Assembly (NCBI GenBank): GCA_013375475.1
Contig: JABXKD010000044.1
Location: forward strand, 1-30,871
Reading direction: 5' to 3'
Source: Promethearchaeota archaeon
Lineage (GTDB): Archaea > Asgardarchaeota > Lokiarchaeia > Sigyniarchaeales > SOKP01
Length of the DNA stretch: 30,871 nucleotides
The notes beneath the pieces were generated by a model that worked only from the letters and a program-made list of their open reading frames with translations, had not been told where the DNA came from and did no database searches. A program made the position numbers and the translations under genes. Shown here piece by piece: positions 8,578-18,106 of this stretch. How positions within the stretch are numbered: the stretch's first letter is position 1; each line of letters starts with the position of its first letter.

Positions 8578-9807
8578 ATGCGATTAAGAAAAAATTCAAT
8601 TTTTTTATTATTTATAATGGTTTTTTCTGTAGGGTTTTGTTTTTTAAATTCAACTGTAGCTTGTGAAACAGATTCATATAAAACTAATTATACGGAATGG
8701 AGATTTTCAAATGGTCAACCGTATTTATATGTTGAAGCAAACAATTACTATACTCTCGGATATTTGGAAGGCCAAAATTTAGCTTTTCAAACAGCTTGGA
8801 TGAAACTAATTATTACACTTCAAGCAGAACAAATAGGTCTTAATTACGATGTTGCCATCAATTATGCTTTAGCCTATCTCGATTACTTTTCTGAGGAAAA
8901 TATTATGGAAATGCAAGGATTAGCTGATGGAATTGATGTCGTGCAAATTCCGTTTATGGGTCAAATCTACGAGATTACTATAGATTTCTATGATGTATTA
9001 GTTCAGAATTGTTTCTGGGATGTATATTACGGCAAAATTATTCCTTTGCTTTCGGGATATCCTCAACCACCCTTAATTGTTGCGGGATGCACTGCTATTG
9101 GTTCTAATATGGGAAGAAAAGCTATTTTAGGGCAAACAATTGATATTTCACTTCTTATGCAACCTACGGCGTCTTGGGTTTACACTAAAATCCAGGGTAA
9201 AAAGATTTTCTCTTTCAGAACGGGGAGTATGTTAGCAATGGGAGGCGTAAATAAATACGGAGTAGCAATCTCAACTAATTTACTTGAAGTGCTTAATTTA
9301 GGATGTATAGGAAAACCTATTTCAGTAATCTATAGAAATGCTTTGGAAAATGCTAAGAACGTTAGACAAGCTAAGGAAATTATTCTTAATAACGATTTTA
9401 CACTAGGCTGGAATTATATTATTAGAGATAAGAAAAACATAGTAGCAATTGAGACAATTCCTAATTCTTACACTCTTGAAAGAGTTAGAAGGGGACATTA
9501 TTGTTTTGACGCAAATATTTATGAGAATCCTTATTTCAAAACTTTTATGATTTATCCCTCGAAATATATAGAACGATATGATAGAGTCTCAGAATTATGT
9601 CAAAGTTATAATCAAGATGGAAGATTAGATATCAATGACTTATTTGAAATTTATTCTGATACCCTAGTATCAAGAAGATACACATCACCAGATCCATTAA
9701 GCGTAGGCACTGCAGGGTCATTCTTTGTAGATGCTAAGAGTAATGTATATTATTGTTTAGGAAATCCGTTAGACTCCGAATTGGGTTTAATTTCATCATT
9801 TTATTAA
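8578..9807 (+). CDS. Secreted or membrane-anchored peptidase C45 (AAT-family) Ntn-hydrolase
   Basis: N-terminal signal; YYTLGYLEG, EMQGLADG, GCTAIG (autoprocessing Cys), GQTID and GGVNKYGVAI. Confidence 0.82.
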   Translation: MRLRKNSIFLLFIMVFSVGFCFLNSTVACETDSYKTNYTEWRFSNGQPYLYVEANNYYTLGYLEGQNLAFQTAWMKLIITLQAEQIGLNYDVAINYALAYLDYFSEENIMEMQGLADGIDVVQIPFMGQIYEITIDFYDVLVQNCFWDVYYGKIIPLLSGYPQPPLIVAGCTAIGSNMGRKAILGQTIDISLLMQPTASWVYTKIQGKKIFSFRTGSMLAMGGVNKYGVAISTNLLEVLNLGCIGKPISVIYRNALENAKNVRQAKEIILNNDFTLGWNYIIRDKKNIVAIETIPNSYTLERVRRGHYCFDANIYENPYFKTFMIYPSKYIERYDRVSELCQSYNQDGRLDINDLFEIYSDTLVSRRYTSPDPLSVGTAGSFFVDAKSNVYYCLGNPLDSELGLISSFY

Positions 9808-9849
9808 AAAACAAAATACTTTAGAAAAAGTTTGCAAATTCAAAATCCC

Positions 9850-9859
9850 TTTTTTTTTT
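9850..9859 (+). terminator. Oligo-T terminator candidate
   Basis: T10 run downstream of the C45 gene, in a convergent intergenic region. Confidence 0.45.
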
Positions 9860-9944
9860 AATCTCACACTGTTTTTTAATGCTTAAAAAGTACTAATTAA
9901 TATAATAAATAATCTAATTTTCGTAAATAAAACAAGATTAATAA

Positions 9945-12740
9945 CTATTTAATCACAATACCAGGTTTTCCAGGCAAAGACTGAGCTGCTTTCTTTTCTT
10001 GCGAATCATCTTCAGACATAACTGATACTTTACAATTGTATTTTTTCTCAAAAATAGGTTTAATTTGTGTGAAAAAATCGTACTCGTCTAATGAAGATAG
10101 TGGAGACTTCGCATACTTTCCGAGGTTTTTTAAGACTTTTCCAATGGTTTGAGATATAAATTTCCCCTGAGTTCTTAATGAGTTATCCTCCATTAAAATA
10201 CTAATTATTTCTTTTTGATCTTTTGTTTTCTCTATCAAAGGAAGTAATTTACTCATGAATTTGTATTTCCAATCTGCAGCAGTAATTAATGAAATCTGCT
10301 CCAACTTTTCCTTTTTGATAATTAAAATGATCTGGTTAATTGAATCAATTGTATTGTTAAGTAATTTCCACTTATAGTCATTCTCAACTGTAAGGAATTT
10401 TTGGTCATATAGAGGCCATTTAGCTAAACTCAAAAAACCATCCTTTCTTAAAATTTCCCATACTTCTTCTGTCATGTGGGGGACAAACGGATGTAATAAA
10501 AGAGCCATGTTTTTCTTACATTTATTAAAAATATCTTCATTAACGCCCTCTTTTTTGTATTTACTTAACTCAGAAGTAAATTGAATTATTTCATTTATAG
10601 CGTCCCTAATCGAAATCTTCTCTAATGCTTCAGTAACGTTCTTCATAGTTTTGTTAAGATTATATTCAATGAGTGTGTCTTTTATCATTTTTTTCTCCCG
10701 GATTATTTCAGGAGATTCCACTAACAGTTTAAATGTATTTTTAACATATTTATATGCAAAATCCACGCCCTCATCGGACCATTCTAATCCAGATTTAGGA
10801 CTTGCTCCAAATAGGATAAATAGTCTAGCAGCATCTGCTCCATATTTATTCATAATTCCAATAGGGTCCACAGTATTACCAAAACTTTTACTCATTTTAA
10901 CACTTTTCAATATAAAATCTGTTCCACACCTTTTACACTTTTTATTGTGCATTTCGGCTTTCATTGCAAATGTTTCGCATTCAGGACAAAAAGGATGCGC
11001 TTTATTAACCATTCCTTGGGTTAAAAGCCGTTGGAAAGGCTCATTAGATGATTGAAGTCCAATATCACGAGCTACTTTGGTAAAAAATCGAGCGTATAAC
11101 AGATGCATAATAGCGTGTTCTATCCCACCAATATACTGATCGACGTTCATCCAATAATCTGCGATATCTTTTCTATACGGCAAATTTTTTTCATTCGGAT
11201 CACAATACCTAAAGAAATACCAAGAGCTATCTACAAATGTGTCCATTGTGTCTGTTTCTCGTTTTGCTTGTTTCCCACATTTTGGACATGAGACATTCAC
11301 ATAGGTTTCACTTGTTTTTAATGGATTTCCTCTTCCTGTAAATTTTACATCTTTTGGTAGATCTACAGGTAAATCATCGTAAGGAACGGGCACGATTCCA
11401 CATGAATCACAATATATAATTGGTATGGGACACCCCCAATAACGTTGCCGGGAAATTAGCCAATCTCTTAATTTATAATTTACAGTTTCTTCCCCCATTC
11501 CAGTTGATTCTAGTTTTTTTGAAATAGATTTTATTGCTGATCGGTTTTCCATGCCATTAAATTCATCAGAATTTACTAAAGATCCATCGCCTTCATATGC
11601 TCTGGTCATCTTCTCCGCGTTCAAATCATATTCAAATGGTTGAATAACGACTTTTATTGGGATATTATATTTCTTGGCAAATTCAAAATCCCGTTGGTCG
11701 TGTCCAGGTACAGCCATAACGGCTCCCGCACCATATTCGTAAATAACGAAGTTGCCAATATATATGGGAATTTCTTCTTTAGTTATTGGATTTATAGCAT
11801 ACTTACCAATAAATAATCCTTTCTTATCAATATCAATATCTGTTCTTTCAAATTTATCTTGCTTCAATATTTCGCTATAAAATTGCTGAAATTTTTCCTC
11901 ATAATCCGTTCCTTTTACCCAATTTTTTATCCAAGGATGCTCTGGTGCGAAAACCATAAAAGTTACCCCAAACAAGGTATCAGCCCTAGTTGTAAAAATA
12001 TCAATAGTTCTCTCCTCCCCCGTGATTGGAAATCGTATAATAGTTCCTTCTGATCGGGATATCCAATTTCTTTGCATTGTTTTCACTTTTTCTGGCCAAT
12101 CAACCGTATCCAAACCATCTAAAAGCTCTTCGGCGTAATCTCGGATCTTTAAAAACCATTGGGTTAAAAATTGTTGTTCAACTTCTGAACTACAACGCCA
12201 ACATTTACCACTTTGAACTTGTTCGTTAGCTAATACGGTTACACAATTTGGACACCAGTTTACATAACTCTCTTGTCTATACGCTAGACCCTTCTCGTAC
12301 ATTTTCAAAAAGAACCACTGATCCCACTTGTAATAATTAGGATCGTGGCTATAAACCATTCGAGTCCAATCGTATGAAAGTCCTATGCGTTTTTGTTGTT
12401 TTTGAATAGATTTTATATTTAAGTTTGTCCACTCTTCAGGGTCAACATTGTGATCGATTGAAGCGTTTTCTGCAGGTAATCCATAACTATCGTAGCCCAT
12501 TGGATATAACACATTAAAACCTTTCATTCTTTTAAATCTTGCAAAAGAATCACCAATTGAATAATTACGTAGGTGTCCGATATGCAAATCAGAGCTTGGA
12601 TAAGGATACATTTCTAGTACGTAATATTTTTCTTTTCCATTTTTACTCAGATCTTCTTTTACTTCGAATATCTTCTCCTTTTCCCATATTTTTTGCCATT
12701 TTTTCTCGATTTTTTGAAAATTGTATTCAGTGTGCGCCAT
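9945..12740 (-). CDS. leuS: Leucyl-tRNA synthetase (bacterial-type core, archaeal-type C-terminal domain)
   Basis: [36 protein letters not shown] (CP1 editing domain), [19 protein letters not shown] and KMSKS; ends [15 protein letters not shown]. Confidence 0.97.
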   Translation of the reverse strand: MAHTEYNFQKIEKKWQKIWEKEKIFEVKEDLSKNGKEKYYVLEMYPYPSSDLHIGHLRNYSIGDSFARFKRMKGFNVLYPMGYDSYGLPAENASIDHNVDPEEWTNLNIKSIQKQQKRIGLSYDWTRMVYSHDPNYYKWDQWFFLKMYEKGLAYRQESYVNWCPNCVTVLANEQVQSGKCWRCSSEVEQQFLTQWFLKIRDYAEELLDGLDTVDWPEKVKTMQRNWISRSEGTIIRFPITGEERTIDIFTTRADTLFGVTFMVFAPEHPWIKNWVKGTDYEEKFQQFYSEILKQDKFERTDIDIDKKGLFIGKYAINPITKEEIPIYIGNFVIYEYGAGAVMAVPGHDQRDFEFAKKYNIPIKVVIQPFEYDLNAEKMTRAYEGDGSLVNSDEFNGMENRSAIKSISKKLESTGMGEETVNYKLRDWLISRQRYWGCPIPIIYCDSCGIVPVPYDDLPVDLPKDVKFTGRGNPLKTSETYVNVSCPKCGKQAKRETDTMDTFVDSSWYFFRYCDPNEKNLPYRKDIADYWMNVDQYIGGIEHAIMHLLYARFFTKVARDIGLQSSNEPFQRLLTQGMVNKAHPFCPECETFAMKAEMHNKKCKRCGTDFILKSVKMSKSFGNTVDPIGIMNKYGADAARLFILFGASPKSGLEWSDEGVDFAYKYVKNTFKLLVESPEIIREKKMIKDTLIEYNLNKTMKNVTEALEKISIRDAINEIIQFTSELSKYKKEGVNEDIFNKCKKNMALLLHPFVPHMTEEVWEILRKDGFLSLAKWPLYDQKFLTVENDYKWKLLNNTIDSINQIILIIKKEKLEQISLITAADWKYKFMSKLLPLIEKTKDQKEIISILMEDNSLRTQGKFISQTIGKVLKNLGKYAKSPLSSLDEYDFFTQIKPIFEKKYNCKVSVMSEDDSQEKKAAQSLPGKPGIVIK

Positions 12741-12864
12741 TTTCCTTTTTTTTTAAGTTGATGATAAAAGTATAAACATGAATAATTTAAACAATAAATT
12801 TTTTTTGAATTAAGGGATATTCTCTATCAAAAGTGTTTTCTTTGCTAAAATTTTTATTCTAATT

Positions 12865-13872
12865 ATGGCAATAGATAAGATTAGAGTGTCGATTGGGAGT
12901 GCTTCTGTGCTCGGCTTATATGAAAGTGAGAGATTTAAAGATTCTCCTACGACATGTTATTTAATGACTTATAAGGAAGGTCATTGTACCGCAAATTGTG
13001 GTTTTTGTCCACAAGCTAGAGAATCAGAAAGCTCGATTGAACTTCTTTCAAGAGTTAGTTGGCCAATTTTTTCATTTAAAGAATTCTTAACAAAATTGAA
13101 TTATTTACCACCCAATAAAAAATTTAAGAGGATTTGTATCCAAACTTTGAATTATTTTCAGAATTTTCAAGATCTTACCGAAATTATACCCCAGATTAAA
13201 AAAAACAGCGAAATACCGATATCAGTTGCCATCCCACCTATGTCTAAAGAAAAATTAGAACAATTAAGAAGTTTTGGTGTTGAAAGGATAGGGATAGCTC
13301 TTGATGCTGCTACTCCTGAAATTTTTGAAAACATAAAGGGAAAGAAAGTTAAAAGTTCATACAATTGGGAAACCCATCTTCAAAATCTTAAAGATGCCTT
13401 GGAAATTTTTCCGGAAGGTTTAGTCACAACACACTTAATTGTAGGATTAGGAGAAACTTCAAAAGAAATCTTGGAGCTGATCAGTGATCTGCACAAGCTA
13501 AAAATCAAAGTAAGTTTATTCGCATTTATGCCAATAAAGGGCACAAAACTTGAAAATTTACACCGACCCAAATTAATAACTTTTAGGAAAATACAATTAG
13601 GACGATATCTTCTGATAAACGAGCTGAAAAAACTTAGTGACTTTACTTTCAATAATAATGGTGATATTATTAAGTTTAATCTAAATAAAAGAGATTTATG
13701 GAATATAATTAGTAATACAGACGCTTTTCTAACTTCAGGATGTCCTGGTTGCAACCGTCCGTACTATACTTCAAGGCCTTCTGGTCCAACATATAATTAT
13801 CCAAGAAATCTTACAAATAATGAAAAAGAAGATGTTTTTGAGAGTTTAATTAACCTTGTTCAAAAAATTTAA
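12865..13872 (+). CDS. lipS2: Radical SAM lipoyl synthase subunit LipS2
   Basis: CTANCGFC (CxxxCxxC), LSRVSWP and C-terminal TSGCPGCNRP matching TxGCPxC(N/D)RP; flanks a lipoate ligase gene. Confidence 0.85.
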   Translation: MAIDKIRVSIGSASVLGLYESERFKDSPTTCYLMTYKEGHCTANCGFCPQARESESSIELLSRVSWPIFSFKEFLTKLNYLPPNKKFKRICIQTLNYFQNFQDLTEIIPQIKKNSEIPISVAIPPMSKEKLEQLRSFGVERIGIALDAATPEIFENIKGKKVKSSYNWETHLQNLKDALEIFPEGLVTTHLIVGLGETSKEILELISDLHKLKIKVSLFAFMPIKGTKLENLHRPKLITFRKIQLGRYLLINELKKLSDFTFNNNGDIIKFNLNKRDLWNIISNTDAFLTSGCPGCNRPYYTSRPSGPTYNYPRNLTNNEKEDVFESLINLVQKI

Positions 13873-14663
13873 TGTTAGAAATTAACGATGAGTGGAGATT
13901 TCTTCCTTTAGAAACTAGGAATGGATATTGGAATATGGCCTTAGATGAGGCTATACTAGACGCAGTTATTAAAAATGAGTCTCCTAATACTCTCCGGTTT
14001 TTTAAATGGAATCCCTCAACGATATCAATTGGAAGAAACCAAAGCCTTTCAAACGAAGTTAATGTTAATTATGCAAAAGAAATGGATTTTAATATTGTAA
14101 GACGAATAACTGGGGGAGGTTCAGTGTTCCATGATAGCAAACGTGAAATAACATATTCTATTGTGTGTCCTACGAAGTTTCTAGAGGGTCTTAATGCTAG
14201 GAAAGTGATTGAACAATTTGAAATAATAGAAGCGGGAATTATTTTAGCTTTAACACATTATGGATTAAAGCCAGAAAAAGGAGTAATACATTGTCCTGCA
14301 ATATTTCTGGATGGAAAAAAGTTTTCCGGGAATGCACAAGTTAGAAAAAAAGGTTATCTCTTACAACATGGGACAATCTTATTAGATCTCGACCCAGAAC
14401 TTATGTATTCCGCATTAAAAGCCCCTAATAATGTAAGTAAATCGAAGATGGTAAAGTCAGTTTATGCAAAATGTATTGGGATAAAAGAAAAATTAGATGT
14501 TTATGAAGAAAGCGCCTTTTTATCTTCACTTAAAGCTGGATTTGAATCGACTCTAAGGATCAAATTAAAAGATGGGAATTTTACAGAGAGTGAATTAGAA
14601 TTAGCCAAAAATTTTGTTTCAACGAAATATTCTAGTAAAGAATGGTTAGAAAAATATGAGTAA
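13872..14663 (+). CDS. lplA: Lipoate/octanoate-protein ligase catalytic domain (LplA-N/LipM-like)
   Basis: NMALDEA, SIGRNQ, RRITGGGSVFHD, KKFSGNAQ and LQHGTIL; no C-terminal accessory domain. Confidence 0.88.
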   Translation: MLEINDEWRFLPLETRNGYWNMALDEAILDAVIKNESPNTLRFFKWNPSTISIGRNQSLSNEVNVNYAKEMDFNIVRRITGGGSVFHDSKREITYSIVCPTKFLEGLNARKVIEQFEIIEAGIILALTHYGLKPEKGVIHCPAIFLDGKKFSGNAQVRKKGYLLQHGTILLDLDPELMYSALKAPNNVSKSKMVKSVYAKCIGIKEKLDVYEESAFLSSLKAGFESTLRIKLKDGNFTESELELAKNFVSTKYSSKEWLEKYE

Positions 14664-15708
14664 TATTAATAATCTATTAAAAAAGTTTGAAAGTGGAACT
14701 CAAACATGGTCAGATTATGATAAGATTTTAGGTCTTGACTATGGAGATTTAGAACCATTTTTGAAGCTTGCTTATAATCTAAAAAGGAGAAATTTTGGAA
14801 ATTTATTGAAAATCTACATCCCCAATAAGAAGTTTCCGGCTATAAGCATTACAGGAAGCGAGTGTTCTTTGCATTGTGAACATTGTAATAAGAAATATCT
14901 TGATGGTATGAAACCAATTTTAAATAATCACGAATTAAAAACATATTTAATGGATTTACATAATAATGATGGAATTGGATTTTTATTGTCAGGAGGATGT
15001 CTACCAGATGGTTCAGTTCCTTTAATGGACTACTTAGATACGATAAAAGAAATCAAAACCAAAACTAATTTAATAATTAATACGCATACCGGTTTAATTA
15101 ATGAAGAAACTGCTAGAAAACTTTCAGAAGTAGGAGTAGATATCGTATCTTTTGATATTAATATGGATGAGGACATAATTAAAGAAATATACCACTTAGA
15201 TAAAAACTTAGAGGATTACAAAAGAGCAATTAATTACTTGCAAAAATATAATATAAATATCGTTCCTCATATTTGTATTGGATTATACTACGGTAAACTC
15301 CATAAAGAGTTGGAATCAATTAAATTTATAAAAGAATCTGGGTTAAATCCTTCACTAATCGTTTTAATTGCACTAATCCCTCCAGAGAATGCTAAAAAAA
15401 AATTTACTAGACCAAAGCCAATAGATATAGCAAAAATAGTATCGATCATTAGATTTGCTTATCCTAATTCAGAAATTTCTTTAGGTTGTATGAGGCCAAG
15501 AGGAAATGTTAAAATTGAGATAGAGAAGTATGCTATTAAAGCAGGAATTAATAGAATCGAGATTCCATCGAAAAATACCTTAAAATGGGCAAAAGAATTA
15601 TATCCAAATATAAACTACAATTTTTTCTCTGCGTGTTGTGCAATTCCAAATGAATTTGAAAAATTAGCTTTAAGTAAAGATTCAGAATTAAAAAATTATC
15701 AAAAATAA
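14656..15708 (+). CDS. lipS1: Radical SAM lipoyl synthase subunit LipS1
   Basis: SITGSECSLHCEHC (CxxxCxxC), LLSGG, GCMRP and C-terminal CC, matching the GC(M/A)R and CC motifs. Confidence 0.85.
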   Translation: MSNINNLLKKFESGTQTWSDYDKILGLDYGDLEPFLKLAYNLKRRNFGNLLKIYIPNKKFPAISITGSECSLHCEHCNKKYLDGMKPILNNHELKTYLMDLHNNDGIGFLLSGGCLPDGSVPLMDYLDTIKEIKTKTNLIINTHTGLINEETARKLSEVGVDIVSFDINMDEDIIKEIYHLDKNLEDYKRAINYLQKYNINIVPHICIGLYYGKLHKELESIKFIKESGLNPSLIVLIALIPPENAKKKFTRPKPIDIAKIVSIIRFAYPNSEISLGCMRPRGNVKIEIEKYAIKAGINRIEIPSKNTLKWAKELYPNINYNFFSACCAIPNEFEKLALSKDSELKNYQK

Positions 15709-15735
15709 CTTTATTAAGATTCCCCATTTAAGAAA

Positions 15736-17139
15736 ATGAATGAAACTGTTAGTATATTTGGTATAGAGGATATTCCTCTTATAAAAACCGGTGATGACCT
15801 CCCTTCTATTATTCTCACTGCATTAAAACACAATAACCAGACATTAGAAGATGGAGATATTTTAGTCATTGCTCAAACAATCGTCTCTAAAAGCTTGGGA
15901 AGGATTCAGAATTTAGCGAACATTAATCCAAGTCAAGAAGCTCATAGGATTTACGAAAAGATTACACCTTTGACAAAAAAGAGTGGTTTACCTATAAAAT
16001 CACCAGAACTAATTCAGGCTATATTGGATGAATCTACTCAGGTACTAAAAGCTGAGCATGTTTTGGTTGTTGAAACTCACCACGGGTTTGTATGTGCTAA
16101 TGCGGGAATTGATCAATCAAATGTTGGAGGTAAAGACTTAATTACTTTATTACCCTTAGATTCTGACGAAGAAGCAGAAAAGATTAGGTATTCCCTCCAG
16201 AAGTTAACGGGGAAAAAAATTGCTCTAATCATTTCTGACTCATTTGGAAGGGCCTTCAGAATTGGAGCTGTTGGAGTAGCTTTAGGAGTTTCAGGAATAA
16301 ATCCAATATTGGATAAAAGAGGAGACAAGGATTTATTTGGAAAAGAACTACAAAGTACGATTGTTGGTCAAATTGATAATTTAGCGTCCTCAGCCCAATT
16401 AATTATGGGAGAGGCAGATGAGGGGTTACCTGCAGTAATAATACGAGGATACAATTTTAATTTCGATGATAATGCGACTATTAAACAGATTTTAAGAAAA
16501 AAGGAGCTCGATTTGTTTAGAGAAGAAAGGAATACAGAGAGTTTTGAAGAAACATTAAAATCTCGTAGAAGTTATAAGTTTGAGTTCAGTAATAGGATAG
16601 TAAATGAAGCGTTGATAAAAAAATGTGTAGATTTAGCTCGTTGGGCACCAAGTGCACATAATGGTCAATTTTGGCGTTATATTATAATGGAACAAGGAAA
16701 TTTGCGTGAAAATCTAATTGAAAATATGAATAAAAGATTAAAGGATGATTTAATTAGGGATGGAAAAACAGAAGACTTTATTCAAAGAAAAAGTGAAAAA
16801 ACCAAATCTAGTTTTTTAAGTGCTCCATACCTAATTCTTCTTTGTTTAGACACAAAAGAGCTAGAAAAATACTCTGAAAGTGAACGGGAAAGAAACGAGT
16901 ATATAATGGGCGTACAGAGCGTCAGCGCGTCAGCAACTTATTTACTTCTTGCTTTTGAAATAAAGGGGTTGGCAGCTTGCTGGTATTGTGCTCCACTATT
17001 CACTAAAGATATTATAAAAGATACATTAAATTTACCTATTTCATTTATTCCGATGGCATTTTTTACGGTAGGTTATCCTATAAAAGAATCACCAAAACCA
17101 AACCGTAAGGATTTGAAAGATATTATTTTCAAACTATGA
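15736..17139 (+). CDS. cofE: F420-0:gamma-glutamyl ligase fused to a nitroreductase domain (FbiB-like)
   Basis: N-domain: IPLIKTGDDL, IVSKSLG, CANAGIDQSN, ISDSFGRAFR and MGEADEG. C-domain (~200 aa): SRRSYK, APSAHNGQFW, GLAACW and VGYP. Confidence 0.92.
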   Translation: MNETVSIFGIEDIPLIKTGDDLPSIILTALKHNNQTLEDGDILVIAQTIVSKSLGRIQNLANINPSQEAHRIYEKITPLTKKSGLPIKSPELIQAILDESTQVLKAEHVLVVETHHGFVCANAGIDQSNVGGKDLITLLPLDSDEEAEKIRYSLQKLTGKKIALIISDSFGRAFRIGAVGVALGVSGINPILDKRGDKDLFGKELQSTIVGQIDNLASSAQLIMGEADEGLPAVIIRGYNFNFDDNATIKQILRKKELDLFREERNTESFEETLKSRRSYKFEFSNRIVNEALIKKCVDLARWAPSAHNGQFWRYIIMEQGNLRENLIENMNKRLKDDLIRDGKTEDFIQRKSEKTKSSFLSAPYLILLCLDTKELEKYSESERERNEYIMGVQSVSASATYLLLAFEIKGLAACWYCAPLFTKDIIKDTLNLPISFIPMAFFTVGYPIKESPKPNRKDLKDIIFKL

Positions 17140-17160
17140 AAAAAGAATACGTGATTAATC

Positions 17161-18096
17161 ATGACTAATAACTATTATTTAGTACTTGCTGGAGGTGTAG
17201 GTGCGGCAAAATTCATAGAGGGGCTAGCGAGTGTAATTGATCCCTCTTTTTTGAAGATTGTAATTAATACCGCTGATGATATAGAATTATATGGTTTAAG
17301 AATCTGCCCCGATCTAGATATAATTACTTATACTTTAGCGAATATAGTGGATAAACAAAAAGGTTGGGGTGTTCAAAATGAAACATTTAACTGCCTAAGC
17401 ATTTTACAAAATTATTACGATTTTAAATGGTTTAATCTTGGAGACAAAGATTTAGCAACTCATATTTTTAGAACCGATTTATACCAGAAAGGATACAATA
17501 AAACAGAAATAAGTGCAGTAATTTGTGAAAAGTTAGGAATTAAGTCTGAGCTTATACCAATGAGTAATGAAGAAGTTCAGACTTTTATTATAACTGATTC
17601 AAAAACGATGCATTTTGAGGAATATTATATTAGGTACCAATGTGAGCCTAAAGTATTAGATATAAAATTCCAGGGAATTGATGAAGCAAAACCGGTAAGC
17701 CATATTTTTGAATATATTAGCGGGGCCAAGAAAGTAATAATTTGTCCATCGAACCCAATAGTGTCAATAGGGACTATAATAGGATTACCCGGAGTAAAAG
17801 ATGCTTTAAAGAAAGTTAAACAAAAAGTAATTGCAATTAGTCCTATTATTGAAGGAGCTACAGTAAAAGGTCCTGCAGATAAATTAATGAAATGCCTTGG
17901 TTTGGAAATATCTTGTGTAGGTGTTGCAAAATACTATAAAGAAATCATAGGTCATTTTATAATTGATAATAAAGACTGCAAATTAAAATCAGAAATCGAA
18001 AAATTAGGAATTCGCACTTACTGTTATGATACAATAATGGATTCAATTGGAAAGAAAAAAGAACTCGCTCAATTTGTTAAAGATGTTAAAATTTGA
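17161..18096 (+). CDS. cofD: 2-phospho-L-lactate/PEP transferase CofD (FbiA)
   Basis: LAGGVGAAKF, NTADD, CPDLD, WFNLGDKDLATH, HFEEY, PSNPIVSIG and KGPADKLM. Confidence 0.95.
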   Translation: MTNNYYLVLAGGVGAAKFIEGLASVIDPSFLKIVINTADDIELYGLRICPDLDIITYTLANIVDKQKGWGVQNETFNCLSILQNYYDFKWFNLGDKDLATHIFRTDLYQKGYNKTEISAVICEKLGIKSELIPMSNEEVQTFIITDSKTMHFEEYYIRYQCEPKVLDIKFQGIDEAKPVSHIFEYISGAKKVIICPSNPIVSIGTIIGLPGVKDALKKVKQKVIAISPIIEGATVKGPADKLMKCLGLEISCVGVAKYYKEIIGHFIIDNKDCKLKSEIEKLGIRTYCYDTIMDSIGKKKELAQFVKDVKI

Positions 18097-18106
18097 TCAA
18101 CTTAAA

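Noticed and set aside
12865-15708. Biotin synthase (BioB) or CofG/CofH call for the radical SAM genes
   Set aside because: The TxGCPxCNRP, GCMR and CC motifs, plus the intervening lipoate ligase, fit LipS2/LipS1 better.
5999-15708. sHdr-LbpA sulfur oxidation system (hdrC plus lipS1/lipS2)
   Set aside because: No other sHdr subunits, LbpA or sulfurtransferases are present, and hdrC is over 6 kb away and separated by unrelated genes.
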